Positions 44,551-52,788 of a stretch of DNA of 54,502 bases are shown here, piece by piece. Every line of letters starts with the position of its first letter. Position 1 is the stretch's first letter. A model generated the notes under the pieces. It was not told the origin of the DNA and ran no database searches. It worked only from the letters and a program-made list of their open reading frames with translations. The stretch is from a virus (Duplodnaviria; Caudoviricetes). A program made the translations under genes and the position numbers. The stretch is from positions 1-54,502 of the IMG/VR virus record IMGVR_UViG_3300020044_001189; one strand, given 5' to 3'.

Positions 44551-45810
44551 ATGGCTACTAAAAACAGTGCAGGGGGCTTCAAGCAGATGCCCAAGATGAT
44601 GACAACTGAACCTTCAGTCATCTTAAAAATGAAAAAGGGCGGTCATGTAAACATGAAGCAAGACGCTAAAGGTGAGAATGGTCACTCACCAATGACTACA
44701 GCAAAGCATCGTGAGTCCATGGAAGCCGAAGAGGGCAACAGCCCTAAAAAGCCCTCTATGAGCGAGCGCAAAAAAGCTATGAACCCCAACTTCAAAGATG
44801 GCGGTAAGGTGGCTAAGATGGCTGATGGCGGCATGATGGGCGGCATGATGGGTCGCGCCCCCATGGCAAATCCTGCTATGCGTTCGGCTATGGCTAAGCG
44901 TGCAATGGCACAACGTGCTATGGCGCAACAAGCTATGGCTCAACGTGCAATGGCTGGCGCTCCTGCTGGCGGTGTTTTACAGCCCGGCATGAAAAAGGGT
45001 GGCGAGGTTGCCAAGCTTGAAAAAGAGTTGAAGCAACACGAGGGCATGAAGGCAAGTAAGGCTCACAAGGGCTTGAAAAGCGGCGGCGTAGCTGGCTACG
45101 TCAATACCAAGATGCATGACGGCGACAAGACTGATCGCGCCTCTGGTACTGGCAAGGTCAAGATGGGTAACGCAGGTGGCTATGCCGCAGGCGGAACCAT
45201 CACGGGCAACGCTAAGCAATACGAAAACACCAAGATGGTTGACGGTGATCGCAATAATACTGCCACTGGAACCAAGGGTGTCCGTATGAGCAACGCTGGC
45301 GGTTACGCAAATGGCGGCAACGTCAATTGGGAAAACCGTCCTGCCGACACATCAAAGCCCGGCAAAGTCAACACCACCACTGGTGAAGTTAAAGAAGCCA
45401 ACGCTGGTGGCTACAAGGCTGGAGGAAAAGCCTCAAAAAAAGCCTACGCCACGGGGGGAAGTGTTAACGATCAAGGCAAGGCAGTAAAAATGCCTGCTCA
45501 TTTCGTTTCCCGTCCCGTGGCTAACAGCTTGCAGTCTGGCACTTTCAAGAAGGGTGGTCAGGTAAAAAAGTATGAAGACGGTGGCTCTACAGGCAATGAC
45601 AAGTACACAGTCAAGGATCCCAAGGCTGTGTCTGACAAGGCAAGTAGGGAACTAGAAGATGCTTTGAACCCCCTGAGCATGGCAAAAGAACTCTACGGTA
45701 AAGCGAAGAGTTATTTTTCCCCAACGATTCCTGCTGGTAGCGTTACAAAGACTGAGAAATCCGTCACAGTCGCCCCCGGCAAGAAGCGTGGTGGATCCGC
45801 AATGTGCTAA
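44551..45810 (+). CDS. Basic low-complexity protein built of about 11 or more xxGG-delimited segments
   Basis: MKKGG, FKDGG, MADGG, MKKGG, LKSGG, YAAGG, YANGG, YKAGG, YATGG, FKKGG, YEDGG; AMAQR repeats. Confidence 0.7.
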   Translation: MATKNSAGGFKQMPKMMTTEPSVILKMKKGGHVNMKQDAKGENGHSPMTTAKHRESMEAEEGNSPKKPSMSERKKAMNPNFKDGGKVAKMADGGMMGGMMGRAPMANPAMRSAMAKRAMAQRAMAQQAMAQRAMAGAPAGGVLQPGMKKGGEVAKLEKELKQHEGMKASKAHKGLKSGGVAGYVNTKMHDGDKTDRASGTGKVKMGNAGGYAAGGTITGNAKQYENTKMVDGDRNNTATGTKGVRMSNAGGYANGGNVNWENRPADTSKPGKVNTTTGEVKEANAGGYKAGGKASKKAYATGGSVNDQGKAVKMPAHFVSRPVANSLQSGTFKKGGQVKKYEDGGSTGNDKYTVKDPKAVSDKASRELEDALNPLSMAKELYGKAKSYFSPTIPAGSVTKTEKSVTVAPGKKRGGSAMC

Positions 45811-45816
45811 ACCAAG

Positions 45817-45842
45817 GCGGGGGCTACGGCCCCTGCTTTTTT
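45817..45842 (+). terminator. Intrinsic terminator
   Basis: GCGGGGGC-TACG-GCCCCTGC-TTTTTT. Confidence 0.8.
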
Positions 45843-45853
45843 AAGGAATTGAC

Positions 45854-46486
45854 ATGAGACCAATAGTATCAGGCCCATTTACGCCTGCGGTAGCCTCAAC
45901 AACAGCATTTAATGCCCAAGGGTTTACCAGCACTGGCGCGGCGACAGCCCCAACCACAACAACCACATCTGATGGCTTGGCTCACTATGTCACACTGACA
46001 TCGCCTGTTCAAGCTACCTTGGCTGGCATAAATTTCACCATTGTTGGTACAGATCCTGACGGTCATGCCATCAGCGAAACGATTGCAGGCCCAGCCAGCG
46101 CATCGACAGTCACCAGCACCAAGTTTTTCAAGACCATTACAACCATTCAGCCATCAGCCACCATGGGTGCGTTGACGTTGGCGGTAGGTATTGCGGTTAC
46201 AGCCATTACACCAACCATTGCTCTGACCAACTCAGCGGCGGCGGCAAGCATGACTGTTGCTGTCACTGGCACTGTCAACTACACGGTGTATGAAACCTTT
46301 GCCAATGTCTATGTGCATAACGCAACTACTGTTTCTACGGCAATTACTGCCCTGACATCCAAGACGGCAAACACTACTGGAACTGCCACAGTCAGTGCCA
46401 CTGGCGTGCTTTTGCTTGTTAATTCAGTTACTGCTGGCGCAACGGTCACAATTTGGCTCAATCAGAATAGCTCTGGATTGGCTTAA
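45854..46486 (+). CDS. Virion structural protein (T/A-rich)
   Basis: FTIVGTD.DG..ISETIAG...ST.FFKTIT motif, related to the central part of 43552..44538. Confidence 0.6.
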   Translation: MRPIVSGPFTPAVASTTAFNAQGFTSTGAATAPTTTTTSDGLAHYVTLTSPVQATLAGINFTIVGTDPDGHAISETIAGPASASTVTSTKFFKTITTIQPSATMGALTLAVGIAVTAITPTIALTNSAAAASMTVAVTGTVNYTVYETFANVYVHNATTVSTAITALTSKTANTTGTATVSATGVLLLVNSVTAGATVTIWLNQNSSGLA

Positions 46487-46488
46487 TC

Positions 46489-47007
46489 ATGCCGAGCAAG
46501 TCACCTGCCCAACATCGTTTGATGGAAGCCGCCGCCCACACAAAGGGTGGGTTTGGTGGTGTACCTCAAAAGGTTGGCAAAGAGTTTGTCAAGGCTGATG
46601 AAGGTAAAAAATTTAAAGAGGGTGGTCTGTATGCAAACATTCATGCAAAACAGCAAAGAATTGCTGAAGGCTCTGGCGAAAAAATGCGTCGAGTTGGTAG
46701 CAAGGGTGCGCCAACTGCTGAAGCCTTCAAGCAATCAGCAAAAACCGCCAAACTGAAAGAGGGTGGCGTAAGCCTAGCAGTTGGTCGTGGTGAGAAATTA
46801 CCCGTCTCCAAGGGCGCTGGATTGACCCAGAAGGGCCGTGAAAAGTACAACCGAGAGACAGGTAGCCACCTGAAGGCTCCACAGCCCCAAGGGGGCGCAC
46901 GCAAGGATTCATTCTGCGCGCGCATGAGCGGTGTCGTGGAGCACTCCAAGGGTGACGCGCCAAGGGCTAAGGCATCATTGAAACGCTGGGATTGTCCCGG
47001 CTGGTAA
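46489..47007 (+). CDS. Basic three-module protein (C-terminal DUF6321-like) joined by FKEGG/LKEGG
   Basis: MPSKSPAQHRLM / GLYANIHAK...GSGEKMR / GL..KGR.KYN..TGS.LKAP...SFCARM...SLKRWDC. Confidence 0.65.
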   Translation: MPSKSPAQHRLMEAAAHTKGGFGGVPQKVGKEFVKADEGKKFKEGGLYANIHAKQQRIAEGSGEKMRRVGSKGAPTAEAFKQSAKTAKLKEGGVSLAVGRGEKLPVSKGAGLTQKGREKYNRETGSHLKAPQPQGGARKDSFCARMSGVVEHSKGDAPRAKASLKRWDCPGW

Positions 47008-47022
47008 AAAAAGGAAAAAATC

Positions 47023-47430
47023 ATGTCACTTCCTAGTTCTTTGCGACCTATGTCGCCTCCCCCTTCGCCTGTTGCAAGTCGAGAGCCCAAGCTGGAAGAC
47101 TATACGAAAATGTCTATTGAATTTCCTTATATGCGTAAATCAGATTATCCTGATGAGGGTATGCGCTATGCACCGCCAGATACAGATTTTTCGCCGCATG
47201 TAGATCCGGTTAAAGCAGTGCCAAATTATTCAACGCCTACGAGTCCATATGAGGACAGACCGCAAGAAGCGCGAGAGGTATCTGATGAAGGGCGGCGAGA
47301 GTTACAAGAAATGAACATGATGAAAAATGGTGGAAAAGTGCAAAGTTACACCACCAAATCAGGTGGAATTAATCTTGGCTCTGGTAGAGTTTCAACAGCC
47401 TCAAAGAACTCAAAATCACCTAAGTGGTAA
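47023..47430 (+). CDS. Cassette protein with GG...W C-terminal tag
   Basis: Ends MKNGGKV...VSTASKNSKSPKW. Confidence 0.65.
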   Translation: MSLPSSLRPMSPPPSPVASREPKLEDYTKMSIEFPYMRKSDYPDEGMRYAPPDTDFSPHVDPVKAVPNYSTPTSPYEDRPQEAREVSDEGRRELQEMNMMKNGGKVQSYTTKSGGINLGSGRVSTASKNSKSPKW

Positions 47431-47440
47431 AGGGAAAGAC

Positions 47441-47629
47441 GTGGAAGACGACACACCCGTTGAAGAGCCTGATGTTCCAGAAAAGATGCCTCAAAGCGAT
47501 GGCGGAACCGTAAGCACGCAAGCGTCCAAGCGTCCTTTTTTTGACGGCTACAAAAGTGGCGGCAAGGTTGATCTTAACAACTGCAAGGTAACAACCCACG
47601 AGAAGAACAAATCTTCTCCAAACTGGTAA
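47441..47629 (+). CDS. Cassette protein with GG...W C-terminal tag (GTG start)
   Basis: AGGG RBS before GTG; ends YKSGGKVDLNNCKVTTHEKNKSSPNW. Confidence 0.6.
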   Translation: MEDDTPVEEPDVPEKMPQSDGGTVSTQASKRPFFDGYKSGGKVDLNNCKVTTHEKNKSSPNW

Positions 47630-47638
47630 GGAATCATC

Positions 47639-48067
47639 ATGATGTTGAAATCAAGCCCAACGGTCCAAAAAGCTGTCAAAGAAGCTATGGAGCGTTTTTA
47701 TGCTGGAAAGTCTGACAAAGCGCCAACTCGTGAAGAGACGGACGCTCGCTTAGCCGCTCGACGCAAACAAGCCTCAGAAAATCAACTCAAAGCAGATTCT
47801 GCCAATTTGGCAAACCTTGAAAAGCAACATGCAGAGATGCAGGCTATTCATGAAAAGGGGAAAAACTGGCAGTATTCTGACCGTGATCAAAACATGTCTG
47901 CTGATGAGCGCAGGGCGCGAGATATTGCGGGCCCGATGAGCAACTTGGGTAGCAGGATCAGTGCGGTCAAAAGAAGCACATCGTCATACGCCAAGGGTGG
48001 CAAGATCAGCCTGAAGGATTGCAGTGTTTCAACTGCATCCAAGGGCAAAAACAATTCATGTTGGTAA
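47639..48067 (+). CDS. Cassette protein with GG...W C-terminal tag
   Basis: Ends YAKGGKISLKDCSVSTASKGKNNSCW. Confidence 0.65.
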   Translation: MMLKSSPTVQKAVKEAMERFYAGKSDKAPTREETDARLAARRKQASENQLKADSANLANLEKQHAEMQAIHEKGKNWQYSDRDQNMSADERRARDIAGPMSNLGSRISAVKRSTSSYAKGGKISLKDCSVSTASKGKNNSCW

Positions 48068-48076
48068 GGAGTAGCA

Positions 48077-48370
48077 ATGCCTAATTACACATTCAAAACA
48101 GGAAAAAAAGCTGATGGGTCAATGGCGTATTACGTCAACGGCAAAGAATTGCAAGACAAAGAAGCCTATGACCGAATCCAACAAAGAGTCAATGAAATTA
48201 GCGATCAAGCCTTGAATGATTTATCTTCAAGTTTTGATAGTGCGGCTAAATCGTCGGATGCAGATTTTGACAAAACAAGTTCAACTTATGACTCCCTGAT
48301 GGGGAAAGCGAAGGGCGGAAAAGTTAAAAAGAATTCTGCCCCAAAGAAGAAAAGTCATCCAAATTGGTAA
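48077..48370 (+). CDS. Cassette protein with GG...W C-terminal tag
   Basis: Ends KAKGGKVKKNSAPKKKSHPNW. Confidence 0.65.
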   Translation: MPNYTFKTGKKADGSMAYYVNGKELQDKEAYDRIQQRVNEISDQALNDLSSSFDSAAKSSDADFDKTSSTYDSLMGKAKGGKVKKNSAPKKKSHPNW

Positions 48371-48379
48371 GGAATAAGC

Positions 48380-49453
48380 ATGGCGTACTCAGGAACGGTC
48401 GGTCAAACAGTCATCACGGTTCAAAACCTGATAGATGATGGTGCGCGTCGTGCTGGGAAACTGGCTGAGGAATTAACCAACGAACAGGTGTTGTCTGCCA
48501 AGCGTGCCTTGTTTTATGTCCTGAGCAACCTGATCAACCAAGGCATCCAATACTTTGCCATCAAGAAGCAGGTTTATGGGCTGAATGCCGACCAATACGA
48601 GTATTTGCTACCTGTGGGTGGCAATGACGTTTTAAACGCCTTGTATCGCCGTATGGATCGCCCTATCGGTAGCTATTCAAGTTCCGCTGGTGGCACTGCC
48701 GTATTTGCCTTTGACAGCGACCTGACGACCTATTGCCAACAAACCAGTGCCAACGGCAACATTTCAATCACCTACGGCACAGGATCTCCCAACTATATTG
48801 GTTCGGTTGGCTTTATGCCCTATGTTTCGGGTGGCGGAAGTCAGACTTGGAACTATGTCTTGGAGACGTCCTCGGATGGATCAACATGGAAGACCTTGTA
48901 CACGGGTACTGCCGAGACGGTGACTGACAGCCAATGGGTGTGGAACGACATTGACCCCGGGGCAACCAACATCTATTACCGTATGCGTGCCACTGGCGGC
49001 ACTACCTTGGCGCTGAGGGAACTCTATTTCGGCACAAACAGCACAGAGATCACCATGGCTCGTTTGAACCGTGACGATTACACCAACCTGCCAAACAAGA
49101 ACTTCACAGCCAATCAGCCCTACCAATATTGGTTAAATCGCACGATACCTCAGGCGACCATCACCCTTTGGCCCACGCCCTCCGACCCTTTCATCCAAAT
49201 GGTGGTGTGGTACTCGGCGCAAATCCAAGATGTGGGCAAGTTGAGTGGTCAATTGGCGATCCCTGATCGTTGGTTGATGGCAATACAGAATATGTTGGCG
49301 CACCAGATGGCGCAGATCATGCCCGGCGTGGACGCAGGGAGAATCACTTACCTTGAAAACCAAGCGGAAAAATACTTCCAAATGGCTGAGCAAGAAGAAC
49401 GAGACAAATCTCCAATTTATTTGGCCCCCAACATTGGCGTGTACACGAAATAA
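48380..49453 (+). CDS. Head-tail connector/adaptor protein with an inserted discoidin (F5/8)-like domain
   Basis: SAKRAL, R.DY.NLPNK...QP.QYW..R...LWPTP; insert AFDSDLTTY...LETSSDGSTW...YYRM. Confidence 0.6.
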   Translation: MAYSGTVGQTVITVQNLIDDGARRAGKLAEELTNEQVLSAKRALFYVLSNLINQGIQYFAIKKQVYGLNADQYEYLLPVGGNDVLNALYRRMDRPIGSYSSSAGGTAVFAFDSDLTTYCQQTSANGNISITYGTGSPNYIGSVGFMPYVSGGGSQTWNYVLETSSDGSTWKTLYTGTAETVTDSQWVWNDIDPGATNIYYRMRATGGTTLALRELYFGTNSTEITMARLNRDDYTNLPNKNFTANQPYQYWLNRTIPQATITLWPTPSDPFIQMVVWYSAQIQDVGKLSGQLAIPDRWLMAIQNMLAHQMAQIMPGVDAGRITYLENQAEKYFQMAEQEERDKSPIYLAPNIGVYTK

Positions 49454-49455
49454 TC

Positions 49456-49803
49456 ATGCCAAGATTCTTAGACACCACTGGAAATTCCTCAATAGCCATA
49501 TTTATTTGCGACAGATGCCGCATGAAAAGGGCTATTGATGAGGCTATGCCTGACCCGAACTTCCCCGGTCTCTCGGTTTGCCAACAAAATTGTGCCGATG
49601 AAAAGGATCCTTATCGTCTTCCCGCTCGCAAAACTGAGCGAATCAATTTAAAATTCCCTCGTCCAGATGTCAGTGTGGCTGTTGACCCAGACGCAATCAT
49701 TACGACTGGAGACAATGAGCTTGATTTGTCGCCAGAGCAGAATGTGCAGACACCTGAGAACAACGGAAACCTTGATACTTTGAGTCCATCACCGGGGCAA
49801 TAA
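49456..49803 (+). CDS. Conserved small protein with ICDRC...GLxVC motif
   Basis: Cys pattern and PRPD motif commonly following the adaptor gene. Confidence 0.6.
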   Translation: MPRFLDTTGNSSIAIFICDRCRMKRAIDEAMPDPNFPGLSVCQQNCADEKDPYRLPARKTERINLKFPRPDVSVAVDPDAIITTGDNELDLSPEQNVQTPENNGNLDTLSPSPGQ

Positions 49804-52125
49804 ATGGCAAATATAACCATCACCCAACTTCCACAAGCAGGCGCTATCACTGGGGATGAGCTTGTCCCTATTGTCCAAAACGGCGTAACAGTCCAAACCA
49901 CGACCAACGCAATTGCTGTCCAACCCACACAGACACAGACATTCTTAACCGCAACGCAACAACCATCGTTGGCAAACTCACGTTCTTTGGCTGTAGGTAG
50001 CGGCTTGTCCTTAACTGACAACGGTGCTCAGGGTACTTTGCAGGTTAATTTGACTGGCGCGGCTCAGAGCTTGAATTCTTCTGGCAACGGCATCCAAGTC
50101 AAGACTGATGCAAATACAGTTACCGCACGAGAAATTACTGTTGGTACGGGTCTGGGTGTTACAAATGGCGATGGGGTATCCGCAAACCCAACTGTTTCGC
50201 TTGGGGCATTTCTTGCCAACATAAATTCTTTGTCTGGTTCAACTGGGATAGTTGGCGTCAATGCAGGCGTTGTCAATTCTTTGGCTGTTGCTGGGGTGGC
50301 TAATCAAATTGCCGTTACTAGCGGGGACGGATCGTCAGGAAACCCAACGGTTGGGATTGCTAGTAACCCGATAGTGCCCGGCACTGGGGGCTTGGTTGTC
50401 CCTGCGGGTACTACTGGGGAACGAGGTTCTGCCACCAACGGAAATTTAAGATACAACACAACAACAGCGACGTTTGAGGGCTACGCAAACAACGTATGGG
50501 GTGCTATTACCACTGGCACTGGTGTTACTTCTATTAACACGGGTACTGGTCTTACGGGTGGCCCAATCACCTCCACGGGCACAATCTCTCTTGCTGATAC
50601 GGCGGTAACGCCCGGCGCGTATACAAATGCAAATATAACTGTCGATCAGCAGGGTCGAATTACCTTAGCCTCAAGTGGTGCGGCGGGTGGTGTAACAACA
50701 TTCAGCGCAGGCACTACTGGCTTTACCCCTAGCACTGCTACCTCTGGTGCAATTACTTTAGCTGGTACTCTGGCAATTGCTAATGGTGGTTCAGGTCAAA
50801 CTACTGCTCAAGCGGCAATGGACGCTTTTGCGGGTGCGGTTACAAGTGGGTCGTACTTGCGAGGTAACGGAACAAATGTGGTGATGAACACCATACAAGT
50901 TGCCGATGTTCCTACGCTTAACCAAAACACAACTGGTACGGCGGCAAATGTCACGGGTACTGTGGCAATTTTAAATGGTGGTACTGGGCAGACAACAGCC
51001 TCTGCCGCATTCAACGCTTTGTCACCCATCACAACGACTGGTGACCTGATCCTTGGCAATGGTACTAACAGCGCTACCCGATTGGGTATTGGCGCTAATG
51101 GCTACCTGTTGACATCCAACGGAACCACAGCGTCATGGACGGCGGCTCCTGCAAGCATGATTTACCCCGGGGCGGGTATCCCAAACTCAACTGGCACTGC
51201 TTGGGGAACTTCTTACACAACCACTGGCACGGGTACTGTAGTTGCGTTACAAACTAGCGCGGCATTGACTACACCAACTTTATCTGGTGCTACGGTTGGT
51301 AACGCCGCACCCTACCTAAACTTTAATGACGGAGCGGCAACAACATTAGCCGCTGGTCGTATGTGGTACAACGGCACAACAGGTTCTTGGAACTTAGGTA
51401 TGGGTGGTGGAAACATCACTCAACAAGTTGGCGAAGAACTATACCGTTACGGCAAAGCAAGCGCCGCAATCACTGATTCACCACTTCAACTGGTTTATAA
51501 GACTGGTGCTGTTGGAGCATCAGGCGTTATTACTTTTGCCCCTGCCGTTGCTGGAATTACCCGAGGCGATGATATTTTAGGCTGTGCTACTGAAAACATT
51601 GCTTTGAATGGGTTTGGTCGAATCACAACCTACGGTATTGTCAACAACATCGCAACCAACGGCACAGCTTATGGTGAGACATGGGTTGACAATCAGGACA
51701 TTTATTACAACCCTGTAACTGGCGGTTTGACTAAAACCGTCCCAACCGCGCCCGGTTTAAAACTGCTTGTTGGTACAGTCATCAATGCGGCAGGTGGTGG
51801 TGCTGGCTCGTTTATTGTCAAACTTGGCGTTGCCACTTATTTGAGAGAATTGTCCGACGTACAAATCACATCAATTGCTAATTTAAACTTACTTCAGTAC
51901 GACAGCACAGCACAATATTGGAAGAATGTTGCGCCTAGTACGATTTCGGTTGGATCAGCAACGAATGCAACCAACGTGAACTTGGCGGCAGGTACTGGAG
52001 CGACAAATTATTTGACGTTTTCAGCGACAGCAACAGGCAATCAGCCCTTAACAACAAACACCCTTCTCACCTACAATTACACCAACAATACCCTCACGGC
52101 GGGTATTTCAGGTGGAGCTTTTTAA
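49804..52125 (+). CDS. Long tail fiber protein
   Basis: MANITITQLP, PAGTTGER...LRYN....FEGY, GTGLTGGPITSTGTISL, VTPG.YT.ANITVD.QGRIT and NGGTG repeats. Confidence 0.75.
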   Translation: MANITITQLPQAGAITGDELVPIVQNGVTVQTTTNAIAVQPTQTQTFLTATQQPSLANSRSLAVGSGLSLTDNGAQGTLQVNLTGAAQSLNSSGNGIQVKTDANTVTAREITVGTGLGVTNGDGVSANPTVSLGAFLANINSLSGSTGIVGVNAGVVNSLAVAGVANQIAVTSGDGSSGNPTVGIASNPIVPGTGGLVVPAGTTGERGSATNGNLRYNTTTATFEGYANNVWGAITTGTGVTSINTGTGLTGGPITSTGTISLADTAVTPGAYTNANITVDQQGRITLASSGAAGGVTTFSAGTTGFTPSTATSGAITLAGTLAIANGGSGQTTAQAAMDAFAGAVTSGSYLRGNGTNVVMNTIQVADVPTLNQNTTGTAANVTGTVAILNGGTGQTTASAAFNALSPITTTGDLILGNGTNSATRLGIGANGYLLTSNGTTASWTAAPASMIYPGAGIPNSTGTAWGTSYTTTGTGTVVALQTSAALTTPTLSGATVGNAAPYLNFNDGAATTLAAGRMWYNGTTGSWNLGMGGGNITQQVGEELYRYGKASAAITDSPLQLVYKTGAVGASGVITFAPAVAGITRGDDILGCATENIALNGFGRITTYGIVNNIATNGTAYGETWVDNQDIYYNPVTGGLTKTVPTAPGLKLLVGTVINAAGGGAGSFIVKLGVATYLRELSDVQITSIANLNLLQYDSTAQYWKNVAPSTISVGSATNATNVNLAAGTGATNYLTFSATATGNQPLTTNTLLTYNYTNNTLTAGISGGAF

Positions 52126-52134
52126 GGAAACATC

Positions 52135-52371
52135 ATGGCCCAAAGTGGATACACTCCTATACTCATCTACGGAAGCGGAACGGCTTCAGCGGTTCCTCTT
52201 GCCGCCAACTTGACAAGCAGTGCGTCAGGCGCAGAGTTAGCTCTGAACTATGCCGACGGCAAGCTTTACTACAAAAATAGCTCTGGTGTCGTTACCTTAC
52301 TGGCAAATGCTAACGCAAGTAGCGCTTCTAAGGGTCAAGCAATTGCTTTCTCAATCGTATTCGGTCTGTAA
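52135..52371 (+). CDS. Small tail fiber-associated protein
   Basis: P.AANL....ELALNYADGKLYYK motif; C-terminal KG.AIAFSIVFG. Confidence 0.65.
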   Translation: MAQSGYTPILIYGSGTASAVPLAANLTSSASGAELALNYADGKLYYKNSSGVVTLLANANASSASKGQAIAFSIVFGL

Positions 52372-52380
52372 GGAGTCATC

Positions 52381-52776
52381 ATGGCAAATCCAAATATCGT
52401 CAATGTCACAACCTTAACTGGTAACACGACATACCTCACCCCTAGTGGGACAACCGCTGTAGTGCTGGTTCCCAATGCGGCATCTTCTGGTTTGGTCTTT
52501 AAAATCAATCAGATCGTAGTATCAAATACTACGGCAACTGCGGCTAATGCTACGGTGTCAATCTACACCAACGGCGCTGTGGCTCAAGGCTCTGCCCCTT
52601 CAGGTGGTACGGCCTACCCCGTGATATCAACGGTGGCTGTTCCGGGCAACGCTTCGCTGATTGCAGTTGACAAGACCACAGCCATCTACTTGATGGAAGG
52701 CACTTCAATTACGATTACGTCTGGTACGGCTAGTTCTCTGACCTTCAGTATCTCCTACGAATCCATCGCGTCTTAA
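52381..52776 (+). CDS. Small tail-associated beta protein
   Basis: MANPNIVNV...IYLMEG.SI....SYE.I. Confidence 0.65.
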   Translation: MANPNIVNVTTLTGNTTYLTPSGTTAVVLVPNAASSGLVFKINQIVVSNTTATAANATVSIYTNGAVAQGSAPSGGTAYPVISTVAVPGNASLIAVDKTTAIYLMEGTSITITSGTASSLTFSISYESIAS

Positions 52777-52788
52777 TAGGGGTAACCC

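Noticed and set aside
47327-47440. 5' extension of the 47327..47629 ORF
   Set aside because: It overlaps the upstream gene; the GTG at 47441 with an AGGG RBS fits the cassette spacing better
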